Assembly: GCA_016928115.1 (NCBI GenBank)
Contig: JAFGLI010000006.1
Location: forward strand, 1 to 59,494
Source of the DNA: Candidatus Woesearchaeota archaeon
Lineage (GTDB): Archaea; Nanobdellota; Nanobdellia; Woesearchaeales; UBA9642
Length of the DNA: 59,494 nucleotides
Direction: 5' to 3'
Part shown: positions 8,623 to 18,149 of the stretch, one piece after another
Layout of the letters: each line of letters starts with the position of its first letter
Position numbering within the stretch: the first letter of the stretch is position 1
Position numbers and translations under genes: made by a program
Notes under the pieces: model-generated
Database searches by the model: none
Told to the model about the DNA's origin: nothing
Seen by the model: the letters and a program-made list of their open reading frames with translations, nothing else

Positions 8623-9159
8623 TTAACCTATCTTTTGCCTGAATGCCTCTGACTCTGCATATAAATCAAGTATTTTTTTTAAATCATTTATAAACATAAC
8701 TGTCTCATAATGAACATAATCCGCGAATACACAATTAGTCATCCTGCCCTTAACAGTTCTCCTTAGAAAATATTTTAATTTCTGGGCAACGGCCCCGTGC
8801 TCCATTATATTATCATAATCCTCGACAACCCATGTATCAATAATAAATCTTATTCTTCCCTTATATATTGATTTATTGTTTTTTGTCTTGTCTTTTATAG
8901 GTATAAGCCCCCATCCTTTTATTGCAACAGATATCTGAAACATATAATATTCATCAATCTTTCTTTCTGCAGTTATAGCACATTCTAGTTTATTCGTACC
9001 CTCGACAGAATCAGGTTTATCTTTATATGTAGTTTCATGAATATCATAACGCTTATTTTTAAACCAGGCTTTTATAAAACCATATACTTCAGACCAATTA
9101 ACTACTCCCTTAATTTTTATTATTCTTGAAAAATTTGAAGGATATATGGCTTCTCCCAT
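8623..9159 (-). CDS. Hypothetical protein, same paralogue family
   Basis: VYGFIKAWFKNKRYD, KGRIRFIIDTWVVEDYDN. Confidence 0.75.
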   Translation of the reverse strand: MGEAIYPSNFSRIIKIKGVVNWSEVYGFIKAWFKNKRYDIHETTYKDKPDSVEGTNKLECAITAERKIDEYYMFQISVAIKGWGLIPIKDKTKNNKSIYKGRIRFIIDTWVVEDYDNIMEHGAVAQKLKYFLRRTVKGRMTNCVFADYVHYETVMFINDLKKILDLYAESEAFRQKIG

Positions 9160-9222
9160 ATATATTAAAAATGCCTGAGAAGTTATATAAAGTTTTTGTT
9201 TTTAATAGTTGTATACACAAAA

Positions 9223-11121
9223 CTATTTTATCCTTACAGCCTCAAGATTCCTTGGAGCCTGTGTCTCTATATGGAATTTCTTGTGTATGGAGCTTGCCAA
9301 ATCAAGGGTTTTTGAGTTTTCACCGTGGTTTATTACAACCTTTCTGGGCCTTGGATTGCATCTTTTTATGAAATTCATCAGCTCTATCCTGTCTGAATGT
9401 CCTGAAACCTGTATTGTCTCTACATCCATCTTTAACTGCAGCATTTCCTGTTTCTGCCCTTCCCTGAATGCTATCTCTCTTTCGCCTCTCTGGATTCTTC
9501 TTCCCATAGAGCCTTTTCCCTGATAACATGAAAAAATCAGCGTGTTTTTAGGATTATCTCCTAACTGTCTTATATATTCAACAGAAGGTCCCCCTACCAG
9601 CATACCGCTTGTGGCAAGAATTATGCATGGTCCCTCATTCTCAATAAGGTCTTTTCTCTCTTTCTGGCTTCCTATCCTTTTAATATTAGGCATTAAAAAA
9701 GGATTGTTGTCCTTGTTGAATATCTGCTCTCTTATACTTTTATTAAGGAATTTAGGATAAGCAGTATGTATTGCAGTTATGTCCCAGACAAGACCATCTA
9801 TGTAAATAGGAATCTCTTTTTTTATTTTATTGTTCCTTATAAGCTCCTCAATAGTCACAATAATCTCCTGGGCCCTTCCTGAACCAAGAACAGGCAATAA
9901 TACTTTGCCTTTTCTTTCAATAGTACTATTTATCAATTGTGCAAGCAACTCTTTCTCTTCCTCAGGAGAACTCATCTTGTCATTCCTTCCGCCGTAGGTT
10001 GCTTCAATCATAAGTGTTTCCAGCCTAGGGAACTTAGTGACTGCCGGGCTTAAAAGATGGGTTTTTCCGTATTTCAGGTCGCCAGTATAAAGAATATTGT
10101 GAAGCCCATTACCTACATGTAAATGAACCATGCTGCTCCCTAAAATATGACCTGCATTATATAATGTAATCCTCACATCGGGAGTTACATCTGTAACCTG
10201 GTCATAATCCAAGGTAATGGTGTGCTTAACCATTTCCTTAACCTCTTTTGAGGTATATATAGGGTCCTGTGCATTCCATTTCTGTATTTTTATAAAGTCT
10301 AATTGTAATAATGCCATAACATCCCTTGTTGGAGCAGTGCAGTAAACAGGCCCTTTGTAACCGAACTTGAACAAATAAGGAATCAAGCCCGTATGGTCCA
10401 TATGTGCATGTGAAACAATCACTGCATCAAGCTCATCTATCTTGAATTCAGGCGATTCTAGGTAAGGATACATCTCATCTTCTGAGGCTGCAACATCTAT
10501 GCCACAATCCAGTAATACTCTTGATTCAGGAGTCTGCAACAGTATAGCGGACCTTCCTACTTGTCTTGCTCCGCCCAGATAGGTAATCCTTATCCACTCC
10601 TCTTTTTTCTTTCTCAGCCAGCCGTTGTAAATCCTTTTTCCTGTGCTGTTCAGGAATTTTCTCCTGTAATCATTATTCTGGTAAAGAACATTCCTGATAT
10701 TGTCAATAATCTTTGATTTTATGGGAGGAGTTCTCTGTATTATAGGAACCCAGAATGTCTCTTCCTTTATTTTCTGCAGGTTTTCCCCTTCCTTGCCTAT
10801 TGCAATACCTGGTTTTTCAACCTCAAGGATAACATTTGAACGCTGTGGGTCAAATATCATATTTGAAATCTCTGCCTCATCAGAGATTATTTTTTTTATT
10901 ATCTTTTCTGCCTTTTCCTGGTCCATTGTGACCTCAGGGTCAGGCTTTAACTCAACCCTTTTTTTTATCTTATTGACTATCTCTTTTATCAGGCCACCGT
11001 CATCTAGGAAAAAGTCCTTGTCTTTTGTGTAAAGGACTATGTTTGCTCCCTCAAAACCGGCAGAGCTTATCTTGCCTGCAGGCAAATCATTCTTTATTTC
11101 CTCTATAATGTTAGACTCCAT
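9223..11121 (-). CDS. fttA: aCPSF1/FttA: KH-domain beta-CASP ribonuclease and transcription termination factor
   Basis: FEGANIVLY, KPGIAIGKEG, LGGARQVGRS, SHAHMDH, AGHILGS, SGHSDR; adjacent to psmB. Confidence 0.96.
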   Translation of the reverse strand: MESNIIEEIKNDLPAGKISSAGFEGANIVLYTKDKDFFLDDGGLIKEIVNKIKKRVELKPDPEVTMDQEKAEKIIKKIISDEAEISNMIFDPQRSNVILEVEKPGIAIGKEGENLQKIKEETFWVPIIQRTPPIKSKIIDNIRNVLYQNNDYRRKFLNSTGKRIYNGWLRKKKEEWIRITYLGGARQVGRSAILLQTPESRVLLDCGIDVAASEDEMYPYLESPEFKIDELDAVIVSHAHMDHTGLIPYLFKFGYKGPVYCTAPTRDVMALLQLDFIKIQKWNAQDPIYTSKEVKEMVKHTITLDYDQVTDVTPDVRITLYNAGHILGSSMVHLHVGNGLHNILYTGDLKYGKTHLLSPAVTKFPRLETLMIEATYGGRNDKMSSPEEEKELLAQLINSTIERKGKVLLPVLGSGRAQEIIVTIEELIRNNKIKKEIPIYIDGLVWDITAIHTAYPKFLNKSIREQIFNKDNNPFLMPNIKRIGSQKERKDLIENEGPCIILATSGMLVGGPSVEYIRQLGDNPKNTLIFSCYQGKGSMGRRIQRGEREIAFREGQKQEMLQLKMDVETIQVSGHSDRIELMNFIKRCNPRPRKVVINHGENSKTLDLASSIHKKFHIETQAPRNLEAVRIK

Positions 11122-11204
11122 TTTTATCTACACACAAATTCAAAAAATATTATAATTTAAGATTTTTTTGAGATCAAATTTTTATAACAAAAGATTTAAT
11201 AAAA

Positions 11205-11840
11205 TTAATTATTATCCGGCTTTTTATTCTCAACAAGTCTTTGTATGCCGTCCTTGTTTATCAACACCATATCTATGCCGTTCCCTGAAGCACTGTCCCT
11301 CTTTAAAGCAGAATTAATAGCCTTCAATGCCATATCCTTAGCTTCAGTTTTTGACATGTTTTCTTTGTATTCAGACTCCAACAAACCGTAAACCATGGGG
11401 CTTCCTGAGCCTGAAGCAACAAAATCCTTTACTTCGTTCATGGAGCCGTCAGGGTAAATCTCATAAAGGTGATTCTCATATTTGTCATTGCCTGCAAAAA
11501 GAAAATGGCTTATGCCCGGAATCATGGACATTTTTCTTATGTTATAATAAACCATTCCTGCAAGAAGATTGGCTGCCTCTTTTGTAGTAAGCATTCTCCC
11601 CGACTTCAGGCTTTTAAGCTTTAATTCTCCCCTTAGACCTTTTACTAACATTTGGACATCAGAAACAGTTCCTGCAGTAGTCACTGCCATTTTATCATTT
11701 ATAGGTATGATCTTCTCTGCCTCTTTGCTGGCTATGAAATTTCCGGCTGTTGCTCTCTTATCTGCAGCAAGTATTATTCCTTCACTGCATTTGATTCCCA
11801 ATGTTGTAGTGCCTGTCTTCAGGCTGTTTTCGCTCATCAT
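11205..11840 (-). CDS. psmB: Proteasome beta subunit
   Basis: KTG|TTT propeptide junction, DKRAT, SGSG, RDSASG. Confidence 0.97.
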   Translation of the reverse strand: MMSENSLKTGTTTLGIKCSEGIILAADKRATAGNFIASKEAEKIIPINDKMAVTTAGTVSDVQMLVKGLRGELKLKSLKSGRMLTTKEAANLLAGMVYYNIRKMSMIPGISHFLFAGNDKYENHLYEIYPDGSMNEVKDFVASGSGSPMVYGLLESEYKENMSKTEAKDMALKAINSALKRDSASGNGIDMVLINKDGIQRLVENKKPDNN

Positions 11841-11952
11841 AACACCTTTTGTTTATTTTTATTTCTTCATTTAGATATTATTTAACTCTTAAAGAATTAT
11901 CTTTTCAATCTGTGAAATCGCTCTTTATTTATAAATGTTATTGTTTTTAGGA

Positions 11953-12438
11953 TTATTTTTTCTTTTTAGAGGATTTAGCTTTAGCTTTTTTATTTTCAGA
12001 TGATTTTTCAGTCTTTTTCTTTGTTTTGGCTTTTTTATCATCTTTTTGCTCTTTGTTTTCGGGTTTTTTTGGCTTGCTGTCTTTTTTCTTTGCTCCGCTT
12101 AATTTCTCCTTTATTTCCTCAATCTTTCCTTCAGGAGCCTTTTTCTTTTCCTCTGTCTCTAGGGATTTTCCCTCAAGGTTTACATAAGCTATGTTATCTT
12201 TTTTAATTACATCAACCCTGACATGGTGTGGCGGATTTTTAATGCCTTTTTTCCACAAATGGTCGTTTAATTCCTTTTTTATCTTTACATTATCTGTTTT
12301 CATATGCTTTTTTATAAATAATTTTAATGTTGAAACTGCTTTTTTTGTTCTTTTATATTTAGGAGTATTTATGAATCCCTTTCTTAAAGGAACATTATAA
12401 GTTCTTTTTATTTCTTTTTCATTGTCTTTAGAAGCCAT
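11953..12438 (-). CDS. rpl31e: Ribosomal protein eL31 with Lys-rich tail
   Basis: RTYNVPLR, KRTKKAV, LNDHLWKKGIKNPP. Confidence 0.95.
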   Translation of the reverse strand: MASKDNEKEIKRTYNVPLRKGFINTPKYKRTKKAVSTLKLFIKKHMKTDNVKIKKELNDHLWKKGIKNPPHHVRVDVIKKDNIAYVNLEGKSLETEEKKKAPEGKIEEIKEKLSGAKKKDSKPKKPENKEQKDDKKAKTKKKTEKSSENKKAKAKSSKKKK

Positions 12439-12447
12439 TTTATTAAC

Positions 12448-12618
12448 CTAATCTATGTTTGTCCTTCTCCAGGACCTTTTTACTCTTGTGTGCCTTGCGG
12501 GGTGAACCCTCCTGCCCTGGCCGTATTTTTTTGGTATGGTCCAGAAAGGGGCCCATTTTGTTCTCTTGTTTTCCTTTGCAAGCCTTTTCTTTTTCCCCAG
12601 TTTTTTGTATCTTGACAT
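12448..12618 (-). CDS. rpl39e: Ribosomal protein eL39 (56 aa; not in the ORF track)
   Basis: Manual translation MSRYKKLGKKKRLAKENKRTKWAPFWTIPKKYGQGRRVHPARHTRVKRSWRRTNID; conserved position upstream of L31e. Confidence 0.9.
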   Translation of the reverse strand: MSRYKKLGKKKRLAKENKRTKWAPFWTIPKKYGQGRRVHPARHTRVKRSWRRTNID

Positions 12619-12620
12619 TT

Positions 12621-13334
12621 TTATTGTTTTTCAGTTTTTTGCTCTTTAATTGGTTCTTTTTTGATTTCTTCTGATTTAACTTCTTCGGCTGGTTTAGATT
12701 CTGTTTTCTTTTCTTCTAACTGTTCTTTTGTTTCCTCTTTTTTATCTGGTATTTCTGGCTTAATTTCTTTTTCTTCAGGCTTTTTCTCTTCTTTAATGCT
12801 CTCTTTGGGCTTTTCTTCTTCTTTTGGTTTTTCTTCTTTGGATTCTGATTGTTCTGCTGGTTTAGGTTTTTCTGTTTTTGTTTCTTCTTTCTTTTTTGGT
12901 TTTGTATCTTCTTTTTTGGTAATCTTCTTAGTAAATGAGCATTTATCAATCAATGACTGGCCCTGTGGAGTTAAAATCCTTCCTTTATGAGCCCCTTTCT
13001 TGCCTTGTTTAACCAAACCTGCTTTTTCAAGCTGCTGCAGTATGTCCCTGATTATCTTTCCTGAGCCCTTGACAAATTTATCTGGTTGATGTCCTCTGTT
13101 CTTTCTTGTTCCATATTTTGTTCTTAATTTTGAAACTCCTATAGGACCTAAAAAAGCGACATTTTTCAATACTGAAGCTGACCTCAGATACCACCAATCA
13201 TCATCCATTGGAGGCCTTTCTTTGCCGTGGCTTGTTTTTACAAATAAAGTCCATTCAGGCTGCTTTATTACACCTTTTAAAGCCTCAGCCAGATTTTCTA
13301 CCAATTCCATGGTTTTAATATCATACATAGCCAT
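12621..13334 (-). CDS. rps19e: Ribosomal protein eS19 with about 95-aa Lys/Glu tail
   Basis: PEWTLFVKTSHGKERPP, WWYLRSAS, GSGKIIRDILQQLE, GRILT. Confidence 0.96.
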   Translation of the reverse strand: MAMYDIKTMELVENLAEALKGVIKQPEWTLFVKTSHGKERPPMDDDWWYLRSASVLKNVAFLGPIGVSKLRTKYGTRKNRGHQPDKFVKGSGKIIRDILQQLEKAGLVKQGKKGAHKGRILTPQGQSLIDKCSFTKKITKKEDTKPKKKEETKTEKPKPAEQSESKEEKPKEEEKPKESIKEEKKPEEKEIKPEIPDKKEETKEQLEEKKTESKPAEEVKSEEIKKEPIKEQKTEKQ

Positions 13335-13368
13335 TTTATGTTCTCTGGAATTTTAAGGGGTTTAAAAA

Positions 13369-13431
13369 GGTTACGAAAATTCTTTAGAATTTTCTAACTT
13401 AGGAAATGTTTTCATTTTCGTAAATTATGGT
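13369..13431. repeat. Two-unit interlocking hairpin array abutting the rps19e promoter
   Basis: ggttacg-aaaattc-ttta-gaatttt-ctaactta-ggaaatg-tttt-cattttc-gtaaattatggt; same ends as 7589-7730. Confidence 0.8.
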
Positions 13432-13479
13432 AATAAGCAAGAGAAAACAACAAAGATAAACAAACAAAAAATATTATTT

Positions 13480-13683
13480 TTATATTAACCTGTGTCTTAT
13501 GGTTGTAATAAAATATTCCTCTAATTCAACTTCTTTATCTGTAAATGCTTTGTATAATATCTCAGGCTTTCTTATATTATTTTTAAACATTATTTCACAT
13601 ACATCATCAGGAGATACAATAATATAATCATGAGAATCATTGCTTATATTAAATACATGTATGTTTTTTCCTATGGTTTTCAT
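13480..13683 (-). CDS. Small hypothetical protein
   Basis: 67 aa; ATGA overlap with the upstream ORF. Confidence 0.5.
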   Translation of the reverse strand: MKTIGKNIHVFNISNDSHDYIIVSPDDVCEIMFKNNIRKPEILYKAFTDKEVELEEYFITTIRHRLI

Positions 13684-14222
13684 TTTAAATACCTTAAGTT
13701 TCTTATCAACCTAGTTGCAATTTCTTTTCCTTCATTATTCGAACTTGGGGTACTTGAAACAAGAATCTTCTCTTTTAAAGAATCGCCTACAATATAAACA
13801 TGTTTGCTTCTACCCTCCAAGTCCAAATCATACTTATTCAATATATCTCTCTGAGAAGAACTAAGATGGTGTGTCCCCCTATAATCTGCAAAAGCATTTT
13901 TTATTTCTCTTTTCTCTTCTTTAGATAATTCTTGTTTATTATTTGGATTATCAATACTAATAAGTTCCCATTCAGCTCTTTTTAATATATGATTAACATA
14001 AAGTATGTCCTCTGAATTTTTTTTATTTTGATAATCATTTACTAAATATTCTAAAAAAAACTTTTTCATATTCTCATCAAATCTTTCTCCTTTATTTTGA
14101 AGATTTCCATACTTAAAGTAAACCCCATCAGGTTCTACAAAAGCATAAAAAATTTCGGAACCATCCATAATTTTAAAAATTGTTTCGTTTTTCTCTTTTC
14201 TTTCTAAAAAAACTTGACACAT
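13680..14222 (-). CDS. Hypothetical protein
   Basis: 180 aa; SD GGTGA upstream; C-terminal GRSKHVYI...VSSTPS segment. Confidence 0.65.
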   Translation of the reverse strand: MCQVFLERKEKNETIFKIMDGSEIFYAFVEPDGVYFKYGNLQNKGERFDENMKKFFLEYLVNDYQNKKNSEDILYVNHILKRAEWELISIDNPNNKQELSKEEKREIKNAFADYRGTHHLSSSQRDILNKYDLDLEGRSKHVYIVGDSLKEKILVSSTPSSNNEGKEIATRLIRNLRYLK

Positions 14223-14366
14223 TTTTTCACCTTAATTATTATTTACTACCATATAGTAATACATATTTATAAATCTTTCGTTTTTATCGTCAATTTTTGG
14301 TAAAAAATAACAGTTTTTTAATTATAATAAAAAGATTTATAAATAAGTGTAAGTAATTATTTACAG

Positions 14367-14900
14367 ATGGAAACTAATATAACCATATTAACCCCTTTTT
14401 TTGAGGATCCTGAAAGGAATTTTCATATAAGAGAACTTTCAAGGATAGTAAATATAAACCATACTACAGTAAGAAAATATCTCAAAGAATTTGTAAATAA
14501 AGGATTGTTAAAAACCCAGAAAAAAGGGATTTATGAAACATATGCTATTAATAAAAACAAAAAATTCCTAAATTTAAAGTTATTTTATAATCTAGAAAAG
14601 ATAAGAAAATCAGGAATAGTAGAAGATTTAGAAAAATATTTTGATTATCCTGTTATAGTACTCTTCGGCTCTTATGCTTTTGCTCAGGATAATAAAAAAA
14701 GTGATGTTGATATCTGCATAATTTCATCTTTTGAAAAGGAATTTGAAACTAAAAAATACGAAAAAACACTTAATAAAAAAGTTAGTTTACATATTTTTTC
14801 CGAAAAAACTTGGAAAAGATTAATAAATAAAAATCCAGAATTAGCCAATAATATCTCTAATGGGATTGTTTTATCCGGAGAATTTGAGGTTATGGGATGA
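14367..14900 (+). CDS. HTH plus minimal nucleotidyltransferase (MNT antitoxin)
   Basis: FHIRELSR wHTH; LFGSYA...SDVDI. Confidence 0.9.
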   Translation: METNITILTPFFEDPERNFHIRELSRIVNINHTTVRKYLKEFVNKGLLKTQKKGIYETYAINKNKKFLNLKLFYNLEKIRKSGIVEDLEKYFDYPVIVLFGSYAFAQDNKKSDVDICIISSFEKEFETKKYEKTLNKKVSLHIFSEKTWKRLINKNPELANNISNGIVLSGEFEVMG

Positions 14901-15310
14901 ACTTTGGAAAAAGTACGGAAGAAGGGTATGCCAAAAAGGTTCCTGTTAATACTATTAGGGCAAAGAATTTGATAAAATCCTCAGAACAAACTATAAAGAC
15001 AGCAAAAAAGATAATTTTAACAGAAACAACATCTAAAACTGTAATAAGAGAGCTTTATGAAGGCTTAAGGGAATACTGTGAAGCCATAGGTTATATTAAA
15101 GGCTATAAATTTAATTCACATGAAGTGATTGTTTATTTTATTGAGGATATCTTAAAAGAGAAAAGCATTTCAATCAAGTTTGACAGATACAGGAAGATAA
15201 GAAATGGTATAAGTTATTATGGAAATAGTGTTAATATAAAGACTGTTGAAAAAGCCTTAAAAGAAATACCTATGATGATAAAAAAATTAACTGAACATAT
15301 AAAATACTAA
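14897..15310 (+). CDS. HEPN-domain protein (MNT-HEPN partner)
   Basis: ATGA overlap with MNT; SHE and RKIRNGISYYG (Rx4-6H/Y-type) motifs. Confidence 0.8.
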   Translation: MNFGKSTEEGYAKKVPVNTIRAKNLIKSSEQTIKTAKKIILTETTSKTVIRELYEGLREYCEAIGYIKGYKFNSHEVIVYFIEDILKEKSISIKFDRYRKIRNGISYYGNSVNIKTVEKALKEIPMMIKKLTEHIKY

Positions 15311-15374
15311 AAACAAAAAATTTTATAAACATATTATTTTTTATCTGTAATCATAAAAAAGAGGTTACTGCATT

Positions 15375-16604
15375 ATGAAGATAAATGAGATGATTGCAAG
15401 GATGGTTCTTGATTCAAGAGGCAATCCGACTGTTGAATGTGAGATGCATAATTCTTATACTGGCGTCAGGGCTATTGTTCCTTCTGGAAAAAGTACGGGG
15501 AAGCATGAGGCAGTGGAATTAAGGGATAAAAAATCAAGTTTTAATGGCATGGGTGTTGAAAAAGCTGTTAAAAATATAAACAAAATCATAAAGAAAAATA
15601 TAATAAACAAAGACTGGGAGCAGGAAACACTTGATAATTTCCTTATTAAATTAGACAATACAGAAAACAAATCAAGACTGGGGGCAAATGCAATACTCGC
15701 AGTGAGCATGGCTTTTGCAAGATTAAATGCTATGTCAAAAAATGATGAATTGTTCTTTTATCTGCAGAAGATTACCGGAAACAAAAAGATTTCACTTCCC
15801 ATACCTTTTTGCAATGTAATCAACGGAGGGGTTCATGCAGGGAATGATCTGATGATGCAGGAATTCATGATTGTGCCGAAAGCAGGAAGTTTCAAGGAAA
15901 ACACAAGAATCATAAGCGAAACATACCATGAGCTTAAAAGAATAATAAGAAAAAAATACGGGAAAAACGCAGTGAATGTGGGGGATGAAGGAGGCTTTGC
16001 CCCACCCATAGAAACAGCTGAAGAAGCCCTGGACTTGCTTATGAAGGCAATAATTAACTCAAAACATAAATCACAGTTAAGAATAGCAATGGATTGTGCT
16101 GCATCTGATTTTTACAAAAAAGGAAAATATGAGATTGAGAAAAACAGCTATGTAAGTGCTGAAGAGCTGGGCAATTATTATATAAAACTAATCAAGAAAT
16201 ACCCTATTGTATCAATAGAAGACCCTTTTGCCGAGGATGATTTTGAAGCATGGAATAAATTCATGGAAAAAATAAATAAAAGAAACATACAAGTCGTGGG
16301 AGATGACTTATTAGTATCTAATAAAAAAAGGATTGAGGAAGCTGCTGAAAAAAAGCTCTGCAATGGATTATTATTAAAGCCTAACCAGATAGGGACTGTT
16401 ACAGAGGCTATTGAAGCAGCAAAGTCAGCAATGAAAAACAACTGGAATGTCATGGTTTCTCATAGAAGTGGAGAAACAGAAGACACTTTCATCTGCGACC
16501 TTGCTGTAGCCCTTAATTGCAAACAAATCAAGATAGGAGCTCCATGCAGGGGAGAAAGAACCTGTAAATTCAACAGGTTGTTGAGAATTGAAGAATTGAT
16601 TTAA
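15375..16604 (+). CDS. eno: Enolase
   Basis: LDSRGNPTVE, VPSGKSTG.HEA, GDEGGFAP, VSHRSGETED. Confidence 0.98.
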   Translation: MKINEMIARMVLDSRGNPTVECEMHNSYTGVRAIVPSGKSTGKHEAVELRDKKSSFNGMGVEKAVKNINKIIKKNIINKDWEQETLDNFLIKLDNTENKSRLGANAILAVSMAFARLNAMSKNDELFFYLQKITGNKKISLPIPFCNVINGGVHAGNDLMMQEFMIVPKAGSFKENTRIISETYHELKRIIRKKYGKNAVNVGDEGGFAPPIETAEEALDLLMKAIINSKHKSQLRIAMDCAASDFYKKGKYEIEKNSYVSAEELGNYYIKLIKKYPIVSIEDPFAEDDFEAWNKFMEKINKRNIQVVGDDLLVSNKKRIEEAAEKKLCNGLLLKPNQIGTVTEAIEAAKSAMKNNWNVMVSHRSGETEDTFICDLAVALNCKQIKIGAPCRGERTCKFNRLLRIEELI

Positions 16605-16673
16605 TTTTTTCTGAAAATCTTACGAAAAATTAGTGTATAGACTTATTTATAATGTTCTATTTTAAAATTTTAG

Positions 16674-17090
16674 ATGGTTAAAAGATTTTATTTAGACACT
16701 TCAATATGGATGGATATTTATGAGGACAGAATAGGTTATAAAAAAGAACATTTAGGTGATTTTGCTCTTAAATTATTTAGTTTTATAAAAGCAGAAAATC
16801 ATCGAATATTTATCAGTGATTTATTAATAAAAGAACTGGAAATGAACTACTCAATTGAAGAGATTAATGGAATGATAAATCCATATAAAGAAAACATACA
16901 GAGAATTATTAGTAAAAAAGAAGAAAGAAAAGAAGCAGAAATAATAGCAAAAAAAAGAAAGATTCCTAAAGGGGATGTATTACATGCAATTCTAGCAAGG
17001 AATAATAATTTAATATTAATAACCAGAGATAAACATTTTAAAAATCTGAATGATATTTGTCAACATCATAAACCAGAAGATATTGTTTAA
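16674..17090 (+). CDS. PIN-domain (VapC-like) ribonuclease
   Basis: YLDTSIW, KELE, GDVLHAILA, TRDKHF. Confidence 0.88.
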   Translation: MVKRFYLDTSIWMDIYEDRIGYKKEHLGDFALKLFSFIKAENHRIFISDLLIKELEMNYSIEEINGMINPYKENIQRIISKKEERKEAEIIAKKRKIPKGDVLHAILARNNNLILITRDKHFKNLNDICQHHKPEDIV

Positions 17091-17344
17091 GGCCTTTTAT
17101 CAATAATGTCAAATGCTTTTTCTCTTATTTCTTCATATTCTTCCTCACTAGTTTTCTTATTAGAAGCTCCTTTTAATTTCTTTAAAGCTTTAAGCCAATC
17201 TGGCTCTTCAATATCCTCAACCTTTTCCCTTAAGGCATCCCTAATAAATTCTGTTCGATTCTGATAGTTCTTTTTTTCTACAACTTTATCTATATTTTTT
17301 AGAAAATTATTTTCTAATCTCAGAGTTATCAGTTTTGTTGTCAT
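17087..17344 (-). CDS. Ribbon-helix-helix (CopG/NikR-like) protein, probable antitoxin
   Basis: ITLRLE...IDKVV...YQNRTEFIRDALRE. Confidence 0.85.
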   Translation of the reverse strand: MTTKLITLRLENNFLKNIDKVVEKKNYQNRTEFIRDALREKVEDIEEPDWLKALKKLKGASNKKTSEEEYEEIREKAFDIIDKRP

Positions 17345-17408
17345 ATATCTATTAGATATACATTAGATATATAAAGGTTTCTGTATTATAATTGTAAAAT
17401 TTACAGAA

Positions 17409-18089
17409 TTAACTTAAAATAATCAAATTTCTTGAAGATTTAGTCAAAACTTCATAACCCTTCTCATTCATATAAATATCATCTTCTATTCTTATACCAT
17501 ATTTATTTTCCCAGTATAAACCAGGCTCTATTGTGAATACCATCCCCGGCTTTAACCTCCCTTTCCCATAAAGAGTTATCTTTGGTTTTTGATGAACTTT
17601 CTTTCCCAAGCCATGCCCTAAAGAATGCTTTAAATGTTTTATATAATCAGGATCTTTTTTATTTAATAATTCCCTGAACTTTTTACATAAACTATCTATA
17701 TTCATATTTGGTTTTATTGCTTTTATTGTATTTTCATGAACTTCTTTTATATCATTATAGAGTTTTATGTGTTGTTGTTTTGGTTCTCCTATATAAAACA
17801 TCCTGGTCATATCAGAGCAGAATCCTTTATATATTACACCAAAATCAATCATCAGGAAACCTTTTTTTAATTCTGAATTGTATTTCATATAATGCGGATC
17901 TGCAGAACTTTCTTTTGAAGCAACAATTGGCTTAAATGCTTTTTTTACATTATGTTTTTTATATTGGTCTTCAAGAAATTTCACAATGTCTTTTTCAGTT
18001 TTGAATTGTTTGTTTTTTAGTTTTTTAATTAATTCAGAAAAAATTATATCAGTAAGTTCACATGCTTTTCTTGTTTTTTCAAGTTTCAT
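17409..18089 (-). CDS. M24 family (Xaa-Pro) peptidase, catalytic domain only
   Basis: IDFG..YKGFCSDMTR, HSLGHGLG, TIEPGLY, GIRIEDD. Confidence 0.92.
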   Translation of the reverse strand: MKLEKTRKACELTDIIFSELIKKLKNKQFKTEKDIVKFLEDQYKKHNVKKAFKPIVASKESSADPHYMKYNSELKKGFLMIDFGVIYKGFCSDMTRMFYIGEPKQQHIKLYNDIKEVHENTIKAIKPNMNIDSLCKKFRELLNKKDPDYIKHLKHSLGHGLGKKVHQKPKITLYGKGRLKPGMVFTIEPGLYWENKYGIRIEDDIYMNEKGYEVLTKSSRNLIILS

Positions 18090-18149
18090 TTTTTAAATTA
18101 ATAATAAAGTAAAATTTATATATTTATATATTTTTATTAAAAAATAAAA

